Shown: positions 24,190 to 38,299, numbered from the whole stretch's first letter. The stretch: 63,841 bases of DNA, filler included, from Reticulomyxa filosa (GCA_000512085.1; 16 parts of 16 records of this genome joined end to end with filler, not necessarily neighbours in it); one strand, 5' to 3'. The notes: generated by a model from the sequence alone, not told the origin. Translations and numbers: made by a program.

Positions 24190-26371
24190 TCAATCGCATA
24201 TCAATCTCCGAAATTGAATTCGACCTTTTCCACCACCATAACATAATGTAAATTCTTTGTGTGATTTTTTGGTATTCATAGTATTCAATGGATGAAATTG
24301 AAGGCAAAATATTGAAATTTCGTTATTGATTTTATGTAATTGTTTGTCATTTCGAATATCCCAAAAACAGATACTTTTATCAACTGAACCAGAGCATATT
24401 ATATTTCCACCAGCGACTCTGATATTGGAAATGTTGCTACTTATAAATGGCAAATATTCAACACAAGTTACCCTACTTCCATGTCCCTTGAATATTTTGT
24501 TTGCTTGTCCTGACCGAATATCCCATAATCGCACTGTTGCATCATCTGATCCAGAACATATAGCATTTCCACCACCATTAATTCCTATTCCGTATGGTTC
24601 GTATTTTACACTACGCACTGTACTTGTATTTCCTTTGAAAATAATTGATTCTTTGCCTGTTTCAACATCCCATAGACGGATTGTATTATCAGCTGACCCA
24701 GAACAGAGAGTATATCCAGTACCACCAATTATACCAGCACCAACATTTTTATTATTGGCACTTTGTAGTGGTGAAAATTCTACACACCAGACACCCAATG
24801 TATGTGCTTTGAAAACATTTAATGACTTGTGAGTTGCAGTATCCCATAAACAAATAGTATTGTCATCTGATCCAGAACATAAATATTGACCACCATTAAA
24901 TGGTGAAAATTGAATACACCGAACGGCTCGATCGTGTCCATTGAGTGCTTGGACTTTGGTAGTTTCGAAATCCCAAAGACAAATAGTTTTATCACCAGAT
25001 GCGAAACCAATAACCTTTTGATGATAATTATGATAATGATATGGCGAAAATTTCACACAGTACACAGATGCTGAATGTCCATCAAAAATTTTAAGCTGTT
25101 TTGCTGTGTTTGTATCCCATATTCGAACCGTTTTATCGCTTGATCCAGAACAAAGGAATCTACCCTCATCGAATATTGAATAATCAATACTTTCCACACA
25201 TTTTTTGTGCCCACTGAAGGTTTTTTGTAGGCCGAAAGAATGTAGCATATTTAAAATAAAAGTGGAATACTCGCTTGAACCGGGTGTACTGGGTTCTTTT
25301 TTTTCGTCATTCATATTTTCAGCTTTTGTTTCCTTGGGACTGGTAGGTTTGTCTTGCTTCGGAATTTGTTCTTTGTTAGTGGAGCTACCCTCTCGAATTT
25401 GAGATAATTCTCTTTTAATCTTTTGTATCTCTTCTTCTTTCTCTAAGAGCTTTTTGTCTTTGAGTGTTATTTCCTCTTCCATTCTCTGAATTTCCCTATT
25501 TTTTAACAGGAGCATCTTATTTAATGCTTCAGAATCAAGTCGTAGTCTCTCAATTTCTCTCTGACATTTTTTATTTTCACCAAATCAAAATAATCCAAAC
25601 ACAAGCAATTCTTTTATTATTTTTTAGTTATAACTTTGTTTCTTTTGTTTATTTGTTTGTTAATTGTATTAAAAATAATCATAATAAAATCATCAAATTT
25701 ACGGTTTGCTTGATCTCATTTTGATGACATCGACTGAGATCCTGTCGAATCTCGTTATTGTGAGCCAACACCAGATTTAAATGTTTATTCATTTGTGATT
25801 GCAAATGTTGCTCCAAATTGAAATCGAAAAATATATCATCGCACCCAAACATTTTAAATTTGCATTCCAAAGGTTTCAATGGACATGACTTTTCTAAATG
25901 TGCTCTCATTTCTTTTATATATTCTTTAAAAGTACAACAATTTGTCGTTTCTGTGATCATTGTTGTACTCACGTCACCTTCTCTCTGTTGACAGCTTGTT
26001 TTTGTGTCCAATTGACGCACAAATTGTCTAGGACAGATCACCATCAATTCATCAACACATCGTCGCACAACTTTTGCTTTCACATAATCACAACGGCCAT
26101 GATTTCCAATGGGACATTGATTGTCATGAGTTTTCAAATATTTAAACAAGCATTGCTCACCTACAGATAATACATCTTTTTGATCTTCATGTTCAGCACA
26201 AGTCAGCTCCATTGCATTGTTCGCAATTTGTTCACACAACAGACACTGAAAGTTTTTCAATAATTCTTGCTTATTCAACAACACCACCCATTCTTTATTA
26301 TAACATTCATCAAGGGACACTGTTTTTGACTTTTTTTCGTTTATCTCTTGTTCGTCTTCGTATAGAAACAT
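24190..26371 (-). CDS. Divergent RING, TRAF-type zinc fingers, coiled coil and WD40 repeats
   Basis: CLLC...C...H...C...CP RING-like; HLEKSCPLKPLECKFKMFGC...HL TRAF finger; donor at 25702; several GH...CSGSxDxTIRLWD repeats in 24190-25515. Confidence 0.82.
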
Positions 26372-26991
26372 TTTTTTTTGCCACTCTTTTTACTGGTTCC
26401 CTTTTTTTTTTAAACGAAGCTCCTGTTTACGAGCTCTCTTTTTTAATTTTTGTACAATGTAAATCGATTTTCATGGCCAAATAAGATAAATTATTGAATC
26501 ATCTACCTAGCATACACTATTCATCTCTGATGCCAGGAACTTCAAAAAAATAGACTTTTTGGTAAGATTAAGCTCTCTATCATCTAATATAATAAAATGA
26601 ACCCTTCATGATACATAGCAGAAATTTTGACGAGATGAAGGCAACTTGCGTTTATTCAAAAAACAAGTTAACAACTAACAAACATACGTAAATATTCCAT
26701 GTTTGAAGTGTTATATTTATTATGGCAAATTGAGGACTTTACAAATCGTATTTGTTCAGTATTAAAATGATTAGAAAAATGTTTTTTTACTAAAAAGCGC
26801 GACTTTAACCGCTTTTACAATTAAGATCGTTTGACTTTTGTTAGAAAAGTTCAAAACCGTGCAAGAGACAAAGACAAGAGAAAAAAAATTTTACAAAGGA
26901 AAAATTGTTCAAAACAAAAAGTTCAACACCAACAACAAACAAAATTTTTTTAAAAAAAAAAAGAAATTTTTTGAAATGTAGAAAGTAAATA

Positions 26992-28666
26992 TCAAGCCAA
27001 GTGTGCATCTTCCAATTGGCGACGTACAATTCCAAATTGTACGTCGTGAATGACTTGTTGCATATGTCTGGTATCCGTAGCACAAGTGACATGGAAAAAA
27101 ATATCACGCAGGGGTCGTTGAGATTGAGAAGAAGTGTCTGAAACGCTAGGACTGATTTTTTTTGTGTTTTGTTTGAAAATGGACTCAAATTTCCCTCGAA
27201 CGTATCCAACAATTTTTTTGCGATCATGAGCCCATTGAGGATCAATAGAAGGTGAGTAAGTAGTGAAAGGAATGGTTCCAATTTTGATATCAAAAACATC
27301 AACTTTATTGAAAAACACTGTGAAATCGGTGTGATAAAAAATGGGGTTTTGCGTTATGTCATCGAAGATTTTGAACGTTTCATCATAGCATCGGGTGGAG
27401 TTATCTTCAAACAACACCTGGTCATACGCACTTAAACTCATCACATACAACACCAAGTTGATATTATCTTGAAATACGTTAATCCATTTACGACGCTCAG
27501 CCGCTGTCCTTTTTTTTTTAAAAAAAAAAATATACGTACACAAATTGTTTTCCAAACTTTTTTTTTTTAAAAAAAAAGGGGGATGCGGGGAAAAAAAAAA
27601 AATACCCCCGACGTCTGTAATTTCAAATAGCCATCGTTTATCCATCGGTGTTTCAATTTCGAATTTACATTGGATTATACCTATTTTTTTATTTTTTATT
27701 TTTCTTCTAATTGGATCGGTTTGCTTAGTTGTGGCTTAATTTGGTGCATGAAAACAAACAGTGTGGCCCCTACTTAAAACATTCGTCCATTTATTTACAC
27801 ATTTTAGCTATAGCCACACCCCTCCTCCCCCCTTTTTATTTCTTTATATATATACATATATATTTATATGTACATATATAAAGAAAAATACCAGTGGTCC
27901 GATCCCTGACACGGACGTAAGCGTCAAATGAACCCTCATAGTTTGGATCGGCGATCGTTTCAACTCTGTCCAAAAACCAAGGTGTGTTATCCATAACATG
28001 GGACACCTTGCGCAGCTCATAAGCGTATTGAATTCCAGGATATTTCCACAATTTGTGTATTTTGGTCGCGTTGAGTGGCGTGAGATCCGTTAGCATGTTG
28101 TCCGGATGAACGTCTTGCAATTGGGCAAATTTGATGATCAAAGGCTCCATTTCCTCTTTGTTGAACGCTTCCTTGTCTCGACGTTCCACTTCTTTTATCT
28201 CTTTCGATTCCTTTAACTCTTCTTCCTTCTTTCCATTCGTCTTTGATGATGATGATGATGATGACATGTTTTTTTCTTTTTTTTCGTCTCCGGTTTCTTC
28301 CAAGGTTTTCACATTATCTGTCGAATACTGCTTCAAAAGAAACTTTTGGAACATTTCAAACTCGTTTCGTTCACAATTCAAAATTATCTCGTTCTTGTTC
28401 TGATTTCGTTCTTCCAGATATGTCGAACAGATATCACTCATATCATTTATTATGTTTTTCCGAATACTCACTACTGCTTTCGCCATCTCCAAATCGTCAA
28501 TAAATCCATTGTGGATTTTTGACATTTGTTTCAGTATCGTAGACTTGCCACTCCCACCAGCACCTAGGAGCAACGCATGGATGCTGTATTGTGATTGTTT
28601 CGATTCTGTGTTTAATTTTTTATTTATTACTTTGTCGATTTTGGTTGGTGCGGTGCTATTACCCAT
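26992..28666 (-). CDS. Heterotrimeric G-protein alpha subunit; exons 28666-27892, 27680-27606 and ~27508-26992
   Basis: MGN myristoylation start, LLLGAGGSGKSTILKQM, RVRDRTTGI, ITDVGG, ERRKW, FFNKVD, HVTCATDT. Confidence 0.93.
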
Positions 28667-28979
28667 AATTGATTTTTTTTAAACAAAGAACATTCCACAA
28701 AGGTTGTCAAAAAAAGTAAATTCTTTTAAACTGGTTCCACATGGCTGTAACTATTCGTTATCTGCAAGGGTAAGCATAAATCAATTTTTATTCACATTGA
28801 CCGTCTCGGAATCGATGCAAGTGGCTTGAAAACAACAGTTATCAATAAAGAAAATCATAAATAACAATTTGATACCGACTCGTACATTTAATAGAAATAT
28901 TGTTGCGAACACAAAAAAACTTTTTTTAAGTACATAAAATTTTATCCCATAATATCATTCCGTTTCAGATCATATTGAT

Positions 28980-29381
28980 ATGGATGCCGGAACTAAAGCT
29001 GAAGGACACCATTCTACAGAAGAGAAGAAAGCTGATGTCCAACAAGACCACTCTGTAGCAGTACCGTCAAGCGCGCCAAAAGAAGCAAACACAGGTATAA
29101 AACCACAAGGCGAAGCACCGACGACAACAGGAACAACAAAGCGCAAAGCACTGAAAGAGATTACCAAAAAGCATCCTGAGTTCGAATTGAGCTACGACAT
29201 GATGGTTGGAATCCGTTATGCCGTGTCGTTATCTGAGCCCTCTGTGTCCTTGCCATCATCCAAGACACACACAAATACAATGAGTGAATCCTTAAAGTAT
29301 CCGGACGTACCATCGGACGATGAGTTAATTATTCGAAGGAAATTTCGAAAGAAAAAAAAAAACTTCAAAAAAAAAAACTAA
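28980..29381 (+). CDS. Probable phosphatidylinositol-4-phosphate 5-kinase, N-terminal exon only
   Basis: HPEFELSYDMMVGIRYAVS resembles the H..Y...Y.M..GIR..V segment preceding the PIP5K domain in Mss4/plant enzymes. The catalytic domain is not on this contig. Confidence 0.55.
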   Translation: MDAGTKAEGHHSTEEKKADVQQDHSVAVPSSAPKEANTGIKPQGEAPTTTGTTKRKALKEITKKHPEFELSYDMMVGIRYAVSLSEPSVSLPSSKTHTNTMSESLKYPDVPSDDELIIRRKFRKKKKNFKKKN

Positions 29382-29516
29382 AAAAAAAAAAAAAAGCGAC
29401 GAAGAGTTGGAATCAGNNNNNNNNNNNNNNNNNNNNNNNNNNNNNNNNNNNNNNNNNNNNTTAATTAATTAANNNNNNNNNNNNNNNNNNNNNNNNNNNN
29501 NNNNNNNNNNNNNNNN

Positions 29517-29540
<24 letters not shown>

Positions 29541-29548
<8 letters not shown>

Positions 29549-31231
29549 GTACATATATATGTGTATATGTGATATTGTTGTGTATGTACAACAATATACA
29601 CTCATCCAAATTGTAAACATACTTTTCATCAGTGACGGAATTACTGAATTGGTGATTGACAGAGTGAAGTGTGAGTTGACTCCGATCCTTTGAATCGATA
29701 TTGAGGATGGTAGTGCTTTCGCTTTGAGCAAGCTGATGCCATGTCGTATTTGTCGGCGTTTTTTTACTTTTTTCCGTCGACGTTGTTTGTTGCAGGATTT
29801 TTTCTTCTTCTTTTTCTTCCTCTTTTTCCTTTTCCTTTTCCTTTTCTTTTTCATTTGTTTCATCATTTGCTTTTTCATTTATATTTTTGTTTTTTTGTCC
29901 TTGCGCTTGATCTTGCTCTTGCTCTTGCTCTTGCTCTTGCTCTTGCTTTTTGTGTTGTGTGTGTTCTTGGACATATTCTTTCTTTTCCTCTTCCTTTTCT
30001 TTTTCGTCTTCTTGTTCAGACTGTTTGAGCAGAGACATCATGGACTGCTCGCGCAGTTCATCGTGCATAGACAACTCTTGAGACAAGTCTCCACCGTTGT
30101 ACGATTCAGGCTCTGGAGTTTGACATCGATCGCCCCAATTTTTTTGCGTCTGAAGATAGCGTGGCTCTGCGTCATTGGTGAGCGAGTTTTCGCCAAGCCA
30201 CATGTCTCCTCCTCCTCCCCCTCCTCCTCCTGTTGTTTCTTTTGTTCCTCCTGACATTGCCACAACAGCCTCGTTGTCATCTTCAGTCGTTCGTCGCGCC
30301 TGCGTGGCGACGTTGGCCGGGAATCTGGACAGCACTGATTTGTGTGGCTGTGATAAGGCCGATTCAGGAACACGAACATGCGCGTGGGTATTGACATTGG
30401 TATCCAAAAGAACGAGTGGCTGTTGGGTTTGGGCGGGGCCAAAGCGCTTGGGAAGGAAATGGGAAAGACCTGACTGTGTCTGCATATTCGCATTTGACGA
30501 GGAATCAAAGTTGCTACTCATAAGTTGCGATGCATAGGACAGGATTTTGGTGATCTTGGTGGCAATGACATAAGGGGTCTGAGAGGATTTGGAGGGAGCT
30601 TCGGCCAATTCCAATTGCTGATGATAAAACTTTTCCAATTTTAAAAACACTCCTTCTTGAAATAGACGCATGGTGTTGGCGAGCCCGTGCAAAGGGTCGA
30701 ACACCAATTGCTCCACTTGATTCACGTGCTTTAGTGTCTGTTCGTCGGTTGGAGTTAACGTGATACTCCCTCGACCCTTGGCAATCGACAGTGTGGTAGC
30801 CAGCTGCTTTTCGTTGTCGTCTGCACTTTCATCCTTCTTGCTTCTCGCTCCTCCTCTGACTTCCATCGACATCGACATCGATATCGGCATTGGCGTTGAC
30901 ATTGGCATGGTCATGGGCCCGAACTTGGTTCGGCCTCGAGGCGTAGATGGGGCGTTGGCATAGACCGTGGCCACATTGTTTTCAAACGCCTCTGTGGTTG
31001 ACGAGGTCGCCCCGGAAGCGGTGGTAGGATTCGACCCAAACAAAAAAGATTGGTCTGATTTGTTTTGCCTTTTTTTCGGCGACGTCTTTTCAGCATTTTG
31101 TTTGTTAACTGACTCTTCCACAAATTGTGTTTGCATAGATGGTCTTACCTCTTGTTCTTCATTGTCATTGTCATTGTCATTGTCATTATTATTATTATTG
31201 TTATTGTTGTTATTGTTATTATTATTATTAC

Positions 31232-31274
<43 letters not shown>

Positions 31275-31727
31275 GTGACTATTCTCAAGCTCTTCATCTT
31301 CATTCACTTGCACCAACACTTCGTCCCCTTTCGACTCACTTTCACATCGCTCCAGACGCAGCGTGCCAAACAAGTGGCCTTGCTTCGACTGCTGCTCTTT
31401 GTCGTTGCTGGTACTGTCTTCCCGTGAGTCTTCTTTCATGTCCCGCTCCTCTCCAGAGTCGCTCGACGGCTGCAAGTTCTTGGATGACAGCAAGGCTAGT
31501 GGTTTCGGCTTTTGGACCTTGTTCACATGTTCAGTGTCGTCCTCTTGTATTTTCTCCAAAATATCTGTGTTGTCATTGTTGTAAGTGCTATTGCTAGTAT
31601 TAATTGGGGGTTTGCTGTCCATGGGCAATAATCGCTTCGACATAAACTGTTCCAAATCATGCACATCTTGTTTGTTCATTGGACGAAGCAAAGGAATGGA
31701 CAGGTCGGCAATTTGGTCTTCTTCTTC
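29541..31727 (-). CDS. Internal exon of a large low-complexity protein (Asn, Glu/Lys, Gln-Glu repeats)
   Basis: Open frame of more than 700 codons filling the contig; no recognisable domain. Confidence 0.6.
31187..31275. repeat. (ATT/AAT)n trinucleotide microsatellite encoding poly-Asn
   Basis: Direct inspection; a similar tract lies at ~21928-21969. Confidence 0.9.
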
Positions 31728-32759
31728 NNNNNNNNNNNNNNNNNNNNNNNNNNNNNNNNNNNNNNNNNNNNTTAATTAATTAANNNNNNNNNNNNNNNNN
31801 NNNNNNNNNNNNNNNNNNNNNNNNNNNAAAATATTAAGAAGAAAGGAGGTGGAGAATGGTATTGTGTGGAAAGTCAAGATACAACGGATTATGAAATTAT
31901 CTTTCAAAAAAGAAAGCTTGTATAAAAGTTTTTTTTTAACAGATAATAAGTAATTCTTTTGAGACTTTTTTTTATATTGAATCATTATGTTTCAAATATT
32001 TGAAACACATAACTGATTCAATCAGCTCTTCAATCACAAAAAATATTTCTTAAATTTTCTTTGAATTAATTGATTAAAAAATTAATAGTGCAAAGTGGCA
32101 ATCTTTATATTTTCATTTCCACTTTGTAAAGGAATGGAATGCCATTAAAATTGAAAACATTGAAAATATTTTATCTAATTATTTAAAAATTATTGAAAAT
32201 ATGTTTGCATATTTTGAAATAAATTAACAAACAACTATTTATTTTCCAAATGTTATCAAATATTTGTACTAGAAATTATTGGATTGACGCAAAAAAGGAA
32301 ATGATGATAATTGGATCACATTTAATTATTGAAATAATATAATTAATCATTTTATAAAGATATCCTATTCCGAAGATAGTGTGTATATGTTATGAACAAT
32401 AATGTTATTTGATGAAAATAAAATCATTATTGATATCTCTTCTATTTAGTTATAACAGAGTAATGATGTACAAATAACAAAAAATCAATATATTCTTTAC
32501 TATTGTATATTTTAGGTATTTTAAAGGCGATGTGATGCAAATAACAATCGAAAATACGTAAAACAAATTAAAACATCGATATTACGGAAATATCAAAACG
32601 GTGATTCAAGATTTTGTTTCAATAATCAATTGAAAAAGAGTTATTCAAATAATAAATCAAATGAAAGCCTATTCTATCAATGTCAGAACATTTTATTACA
32701 TATTCCATATCTCTTTGTTTGAAATGATGAATAGAAACAAGAGCAAGAAAATATAGTAA

Positions 32760-32940
32760 CAAAAGCGCTCAAAAGAAATGGAAAAGACAGAAATTGAAGA
32801 AACAAATCTGGGAATCAATCTGCAAGGATATTGTAGTGGTGAAACTTGTTTGGCATCAAAAGCCAAATTACAAGTATGGATGAATATTGGATTTGATTTA
32901 TATTACATTCATTTCAGAGAGGACATATTTCAATTACCAT
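32760..32940 (+). pseudogene. Decayed fragment of a Cys-rich multicopy gene family
   Basis: Readable GINLQGYCSGETCLASKAKLQVWMNIGFD inside stop-riddled AT-rich sequence. Confidence 0.4.
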
Positions 32941-33866
32941 AACTGTAAATTTGATTCTATTTCTCGCAAGTAATGATTCCATATCTGTGAATGATAAAAA
33001 TCATCAAATCTGGATTGTTGTATAAGATAAGACAATATGCTAAAATATTGAAGATTTGAGAGAAATGAGTAAACACACAATAAATAGCATTGAAATTAAG
33101 AAATACAAAATCACGTTTGATATTGGATGAAAAATTTTTTGTTGAAAATTATTTCCTTCTGCAACCTGTAACCGTTGAGTTCCATAAAACTCTTCCACAA
33201 GGCAAGCAGTAGGAGTAGCTGAATTTTTCCCACTTATTTCCAATTTTTGTATTTAAGAAATATAAATTAAGTACAACATTTTTGAAGAATGGCCCATACG
33301 AGCCATTTTTTTTCTTTTTACAACTAAATTTTGTAAGTTTTTATACAATTTGCAAACTTCTATAGTCTACTTTGCCAACTCACATGTGTATTATCTCTAA
33401 ATACAATATGTTCGCTTTCTTACTAACTATTTTAAATCATAGAACATGTATACTAACTTATATTCTTTGCTTAAAATTAAATAAAGCAAAATGTGCATGA
33501 CGGAAAAAAAGGAAAATTATCCTTTTACTGAACTTTTGAAAATATTAAAACAATAAACAAAACACAGAAAAGGTGTGTAATGTGGTAACGAAGCACTTTC
33601 TTTGGCTTTCTAAATAATCGGTAAATTACAACACTAATTGTGTAAAACGATATTTCTATACAATACAAAAAATAGAATTATGTTTATCATCATTCCAAAA
33701 AATTGACTTCAGTTTTCAGTGGCTGGTTTTTATTTTAACAAAAAAAACATGCGGCATAGCAAAAATTTGATCCTATCACCAAAGCAGTTTGACAAGCCCC
33801 TTTATGACAGAAAAAAGTTCCAAGTTTAAATCTTGCATCATAATATCATCATTTAAGACAAAATAA

Positions 33867-34530
33867 ATGGGAAATTCTATCAGTAAAAAAGTGCCATCAA
33901 CACAACAATCAGCGGTACATTCCATTTTAACCTATCCTTCAGAAAGAGTTGCTTTTAAGGTTTGATTGATTGTAATTCAGGTAAATCTGTCAGAAGAAGA
34001 AATCAAAGTAATTATTAAATATTGGATTAGAACATTAAACATTAAATTAGGATGGATCCATGATTTTGACAAACTTGTTGTCAATTATGTTATTTATTTG
34101 CTCTTTCGTTTTTTTTAAATACTAATCAAAATATTTAAATGTTTATTTAACATAGGCATATATTATCTTTATATTTAACACATTTCGTTCATCATCCAAA
34201 TTAATCAATACATTCACTGGACACACTAAATCGGTGTATAGTATTGATTACTCAACATTTGATGATTGTCAATTCATTTGTTCTGGATCACAAGATCAAA
34301 CAGTTCGTGTATGGGATGTTGATAACAACAAACAAATTCAATCATTCAATGGACATTCAAGTTATGTGCATTTTGTGAGATTTTCATCATATCATTATCA
34401 TAGTCATCGTCAGCATGTCATTTGTTCTTCATCATATGACGGTACTATTCGTTTTTGGGATTTCAAAAATAATAAGCAATTACAAATATTCGATGAACAC
34501 AAATGGATTGTCTATGTCTTTGAATTTTCA
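33867..34530 (+). CDS. WD40-repeat protein of the expanded family, 3' truncated; three exons
   Basis: MGNSISKK (33867), then EEEIKVIIKYWIRTLNIKLGWIHDFDKLVVNY, then FTGHTKSVYSIDYSTFDDCQFICSGSQDQTVRVWD. Confidence 0.82.
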
Positions 34531-34762
34531 NNNNNNNNNNNNNNNNNNNNNNNNNNNNNNNNNNNNNNNNNNNNTTAATTAATTAANNNNNNNNNNNNNN
34601 NNNNNNNNNNNNNNNNNNNNNNNNNNNNNNTTTTTAAAAAAAAAAGTAAACATGATATATATGTACATATGTATATATATATATATATATTTATATATAC
34701 ATGTACATTTGTAACGTCGTGTGTATATAAAATGCCGATAGAAATATTGGTCACTGATCCAT

Positions 34763-35329
34763 GTGCTCTGTTCAGAATATCCGAATGCACAATGCCTTCG
34801 TTTTTTGTTGCAATTATATCCACACGAACGCTGCCACAAAACGATATACGAACAGTACTCGCCATTGGATTTGGCGATAAGCTATGAAAACTACGAGGTG
34901 ATCCAAGTGTTATTGCGGTATGAGGCACTTCACAACCATGACCGTTATCACCATTGGCTGTACGCAGATAAATATGCCACTCACACAAGCATCATGCATA
35001 CGTTTATGTATAAAATGCGGATGCTGTTGACCAGCGAAGAAACCGAAATCGTTATGAATTGCTTGCATCGCGTATTGGCCGCACTGATTCAAGAGCGTCA
35101 TGTGTTTCCGTTGGACATTTTCAATTTGATTTGGACTTATCAAAGCCATTACAAGCAAGACAAGTCTCTGTTGACTGTCGTGGAATCCAAACTAACCAAT
35201 ATCTTGGATATGACTACATTGTATCAAAAGGATCAAGATTGGGAATGGTTTAAAATGATGTTTTTAAATGGTCGCATATATATGTATATGCATATATATG
35301 TATATGTATGTCTTATATTTCACCCCCCC

Positions 35330-35386
<57 letters not shown>

Positions 35387-36165
35387 AGACACAAATGAAT
35401 ATATATCGAACAACCAACCACACAATAGGCATAAAGCATGAACATCATTTAATGTGTCACGACAGCATTAACGGCAATAGCAGTGTGTTTGTCGGCAACT
35501 ACCGCAGCGTCAGTAGTCGTAAACATGGACGCAATGACGACTTGATGTTCAGTTCGAACTTTGAGGAATTGGAAGACGAACTGAAAAGTGGCAAGGAAAA
35601 TGACAACAATCTGAGCTTCAAAGAAAAACAAAAAGCGCTGGATTTCGACAAATATGACGACTCATTTGTAAACAAATGGATGAATGAAGGGGTAGATATG
35701 GAAGACGATGACGACAATGACAACTTGAGTCACATCAATCCGACCGTCAAACTCGACTCGCCAGTATTGGTGTGGCTCGACTCCTCCTCCAATCTCTGGG
35801 GTCGACCCAGCAGTAGCGGTGGCGACACAGAGATTGGAAATACCGTCTTAGTGCCAGGGAGAAGCATGTCTTCGTTCAAGCATGCACACTCCTATAGCAG
35901 TTCCGAAGAGGATCAAGAGATGGAAAAGACTGACGTCGTTGTCACGGACAAGCCTGTCAAATATTCCTTGCTCCAACCTTCGTTATCTCCCAAAGGCGTG
36001 GACGCTGAACACAATGAGGCTGCCGTTTCGCCGTCCATGGCAGGGCAAGAAAAACAAGGAACCCCACCTCCTTTGCCGGAGCCATTAGTTGTTCACTCAC
36101 AGAAATCAGAAGAAGCGTCTGCTGATGTCAATCATGCCCCTTCTTGTATGTTACATTTTGTCTAA
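34763..36165 (+). CDS. Partial multi-exon protein with an ankyrin-like motif and an acidic/Ser-rich region
   Basis: YSPLDLAISYENYEVIQVLLRY is ankyrin-like; an intron at ~35271-35387 links to the 35395-36165 frame. Confidence 0.5.
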
Positions 36166-36168
36166 ACA

Positions 36169-36211
<43 letters not shown>

Positions 36212-38299
36212 NNNNNNNNNNNNNNNNNNNNNNNNNNNNNNNNNNNNNNNNNNNNTTAATTAATTAANNNNNNNNNNNNNNNNNNNNNNNNNNNNNNNNN
36301 NNNNNNNNNNNTATTGGGTCTCTCTCTCAGTTCCAATGATTTTCAAGCTTTAAAAGTTCTTTGCAAAAGCTTAACAAAAGAAGCCATTCAAAAAAAGGGA
36401 AAAAAAAACAAAAAGTGCTTAAGAAAATCATTTTTCAAGCAGAAACTATTACATCATTGATTTGTTTGCTTGATACTTTTGCTGATGGAATGGCTAATGC
36501 TAATAAAGCTATTTCTACCCTAACTGATAATGAACTGTTTCAACAGATTATTTATCAATAGAAATCCAAATTTTAAAAAAAATAATAATAATTACATTTG
36601 CTTTAGCATGTTAATACTAATAAAAATAAAAAATACTACTTTCATCATTGGCAACAACATTACAATCGATCCTTTGAGAAACATTTACAATTATTGAAAT
36701 GAAAAATCTATATCTATTTAAAATCTTTTTTTCAAATAATTATCTACACATTTGTTTTTGAATTCTATCAAATAAATGTCGAAAACAATTTAAAATCTTT
36801 CAATGTATTCAAATGAAAAATCAATGTTTTTTTTAAATACTATTTACATATCATGGAGAATCCGAAAATATTTTGGTTTTAAATTTAAGTTGTGAAATTA
36901 TAATCTTTTTATAATTTTTTAATGTATTTGAGTTGGCCAATTTTTAGATTTTGAGATATTCACCCTTTTTTAAAAACTTTGTTGTCATTTAATTAGATTA
37001 AGATCATGTTATTGTGATATACATTCTAATACTTCTGTGTGTTTAGGATCATTATTTTGCTGAAATATGTAGTTTCTTCCGTCAAACAAATTATCGGCTA
37101 TTGATATCATTTGGTTGCATAATATTTTAACATATGCTGCTGATCTGTGTTGTTGAACTAAATCTGGTTGCAATAGCTTCGAGCATTTTTTGCAACGAGA
37201 TTCACTTTATCATTTACAAATATTCCTGAATGACATTTAATATGTCTATTGACCATTTAATACACTTGTTCCTGATTGAATCAAAATCTTTCGAAAAGAT
37301 TGATCACTGGCAAGATCGAATTAAATAATTATCTATTTAACATACAAAGATCATAGTCTACTGATTGCATTTGGTGTGAAAAAGAAAAAGCCGATCATTT
37401 TTTCAATTGAATTTTTTTTTTTAGATTGAGAGAATGTTATAAATTGAATTCACAGAAGAAAAATATTACAAAACAAGCAAATCGCTCACACTTGAATACA
37501 GTACTAAGTATTACAATATGTTACAAAAGTAACCAACAGCATTCTAACTTTAACTTTGCAGCTATAGTTTTAATTAAAAAATTTTTCGAACGAAGATCAA
37601 AATTGTATCATTTATCTCATTGTAAAAAGATTTCAATTTATTCTTCAAGCTTTTGTGATCTTGGAATATCAATATATTCAAAAATCCAATGTCTGTTCCA
37701 TTGATATGTAAAGAATTGATTTAATTCATGATTATTCAGGAATGCAGCTGATTTATGATGTTGAATCAAATATAGTTGCAATTGATTTCATTATCTTTTG
37801 ATATTTGAAGTTCATTTTGAAAATTGATCCAGTCATTTCCCAGCTGCAGTGTTGGTGAAGAATTTTATTGATTTGGATATTATCAGTGGAATTATTGGAA
37901 AATAAAATATTTGGACAAAGTATTGTCATCAATTCGACAAACAAAGTCAAATGACAATAAAGATTGTGTGATGAATGATATCAATGAAATCACAAAAAAT
38001 GGAAGAAGATAGATTTGTCTTCAGGATTGAGAAGAAAAAAAAATATCTTTTAAGAGATTGAGAAGATGAAACAGCGCAAACATCAAGCAAGAAAATGATG
38101 ACAAATCATGTCCTAAGTGTTGTTCCATCACAGAACAAAGAAAGTTTAAAAAAAGAAAAACTAATTGAACAATGACAACATTTGTAATTACGCCAGTGGA
38201 CGGAAGAGTATTTAAACAATCATCAGTGTTGAAATTGATTGATGGAAATTTGAAGCAATTGGCAGCAATAAGTATTATCAACAAGAAAACAAAGAAAAA

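Noticed and set aside
30967-31597. Poly-Leu, poly-Ile and poly-Tyr ORFs (also 21613-22209)
   Set aside because: These are antisense readings of poly-Asn (AAT)n tracts.
36312-38000. Short ORF remnants upstream of the LINE
   Set aside because: No recognisable domain; too degraded to call.
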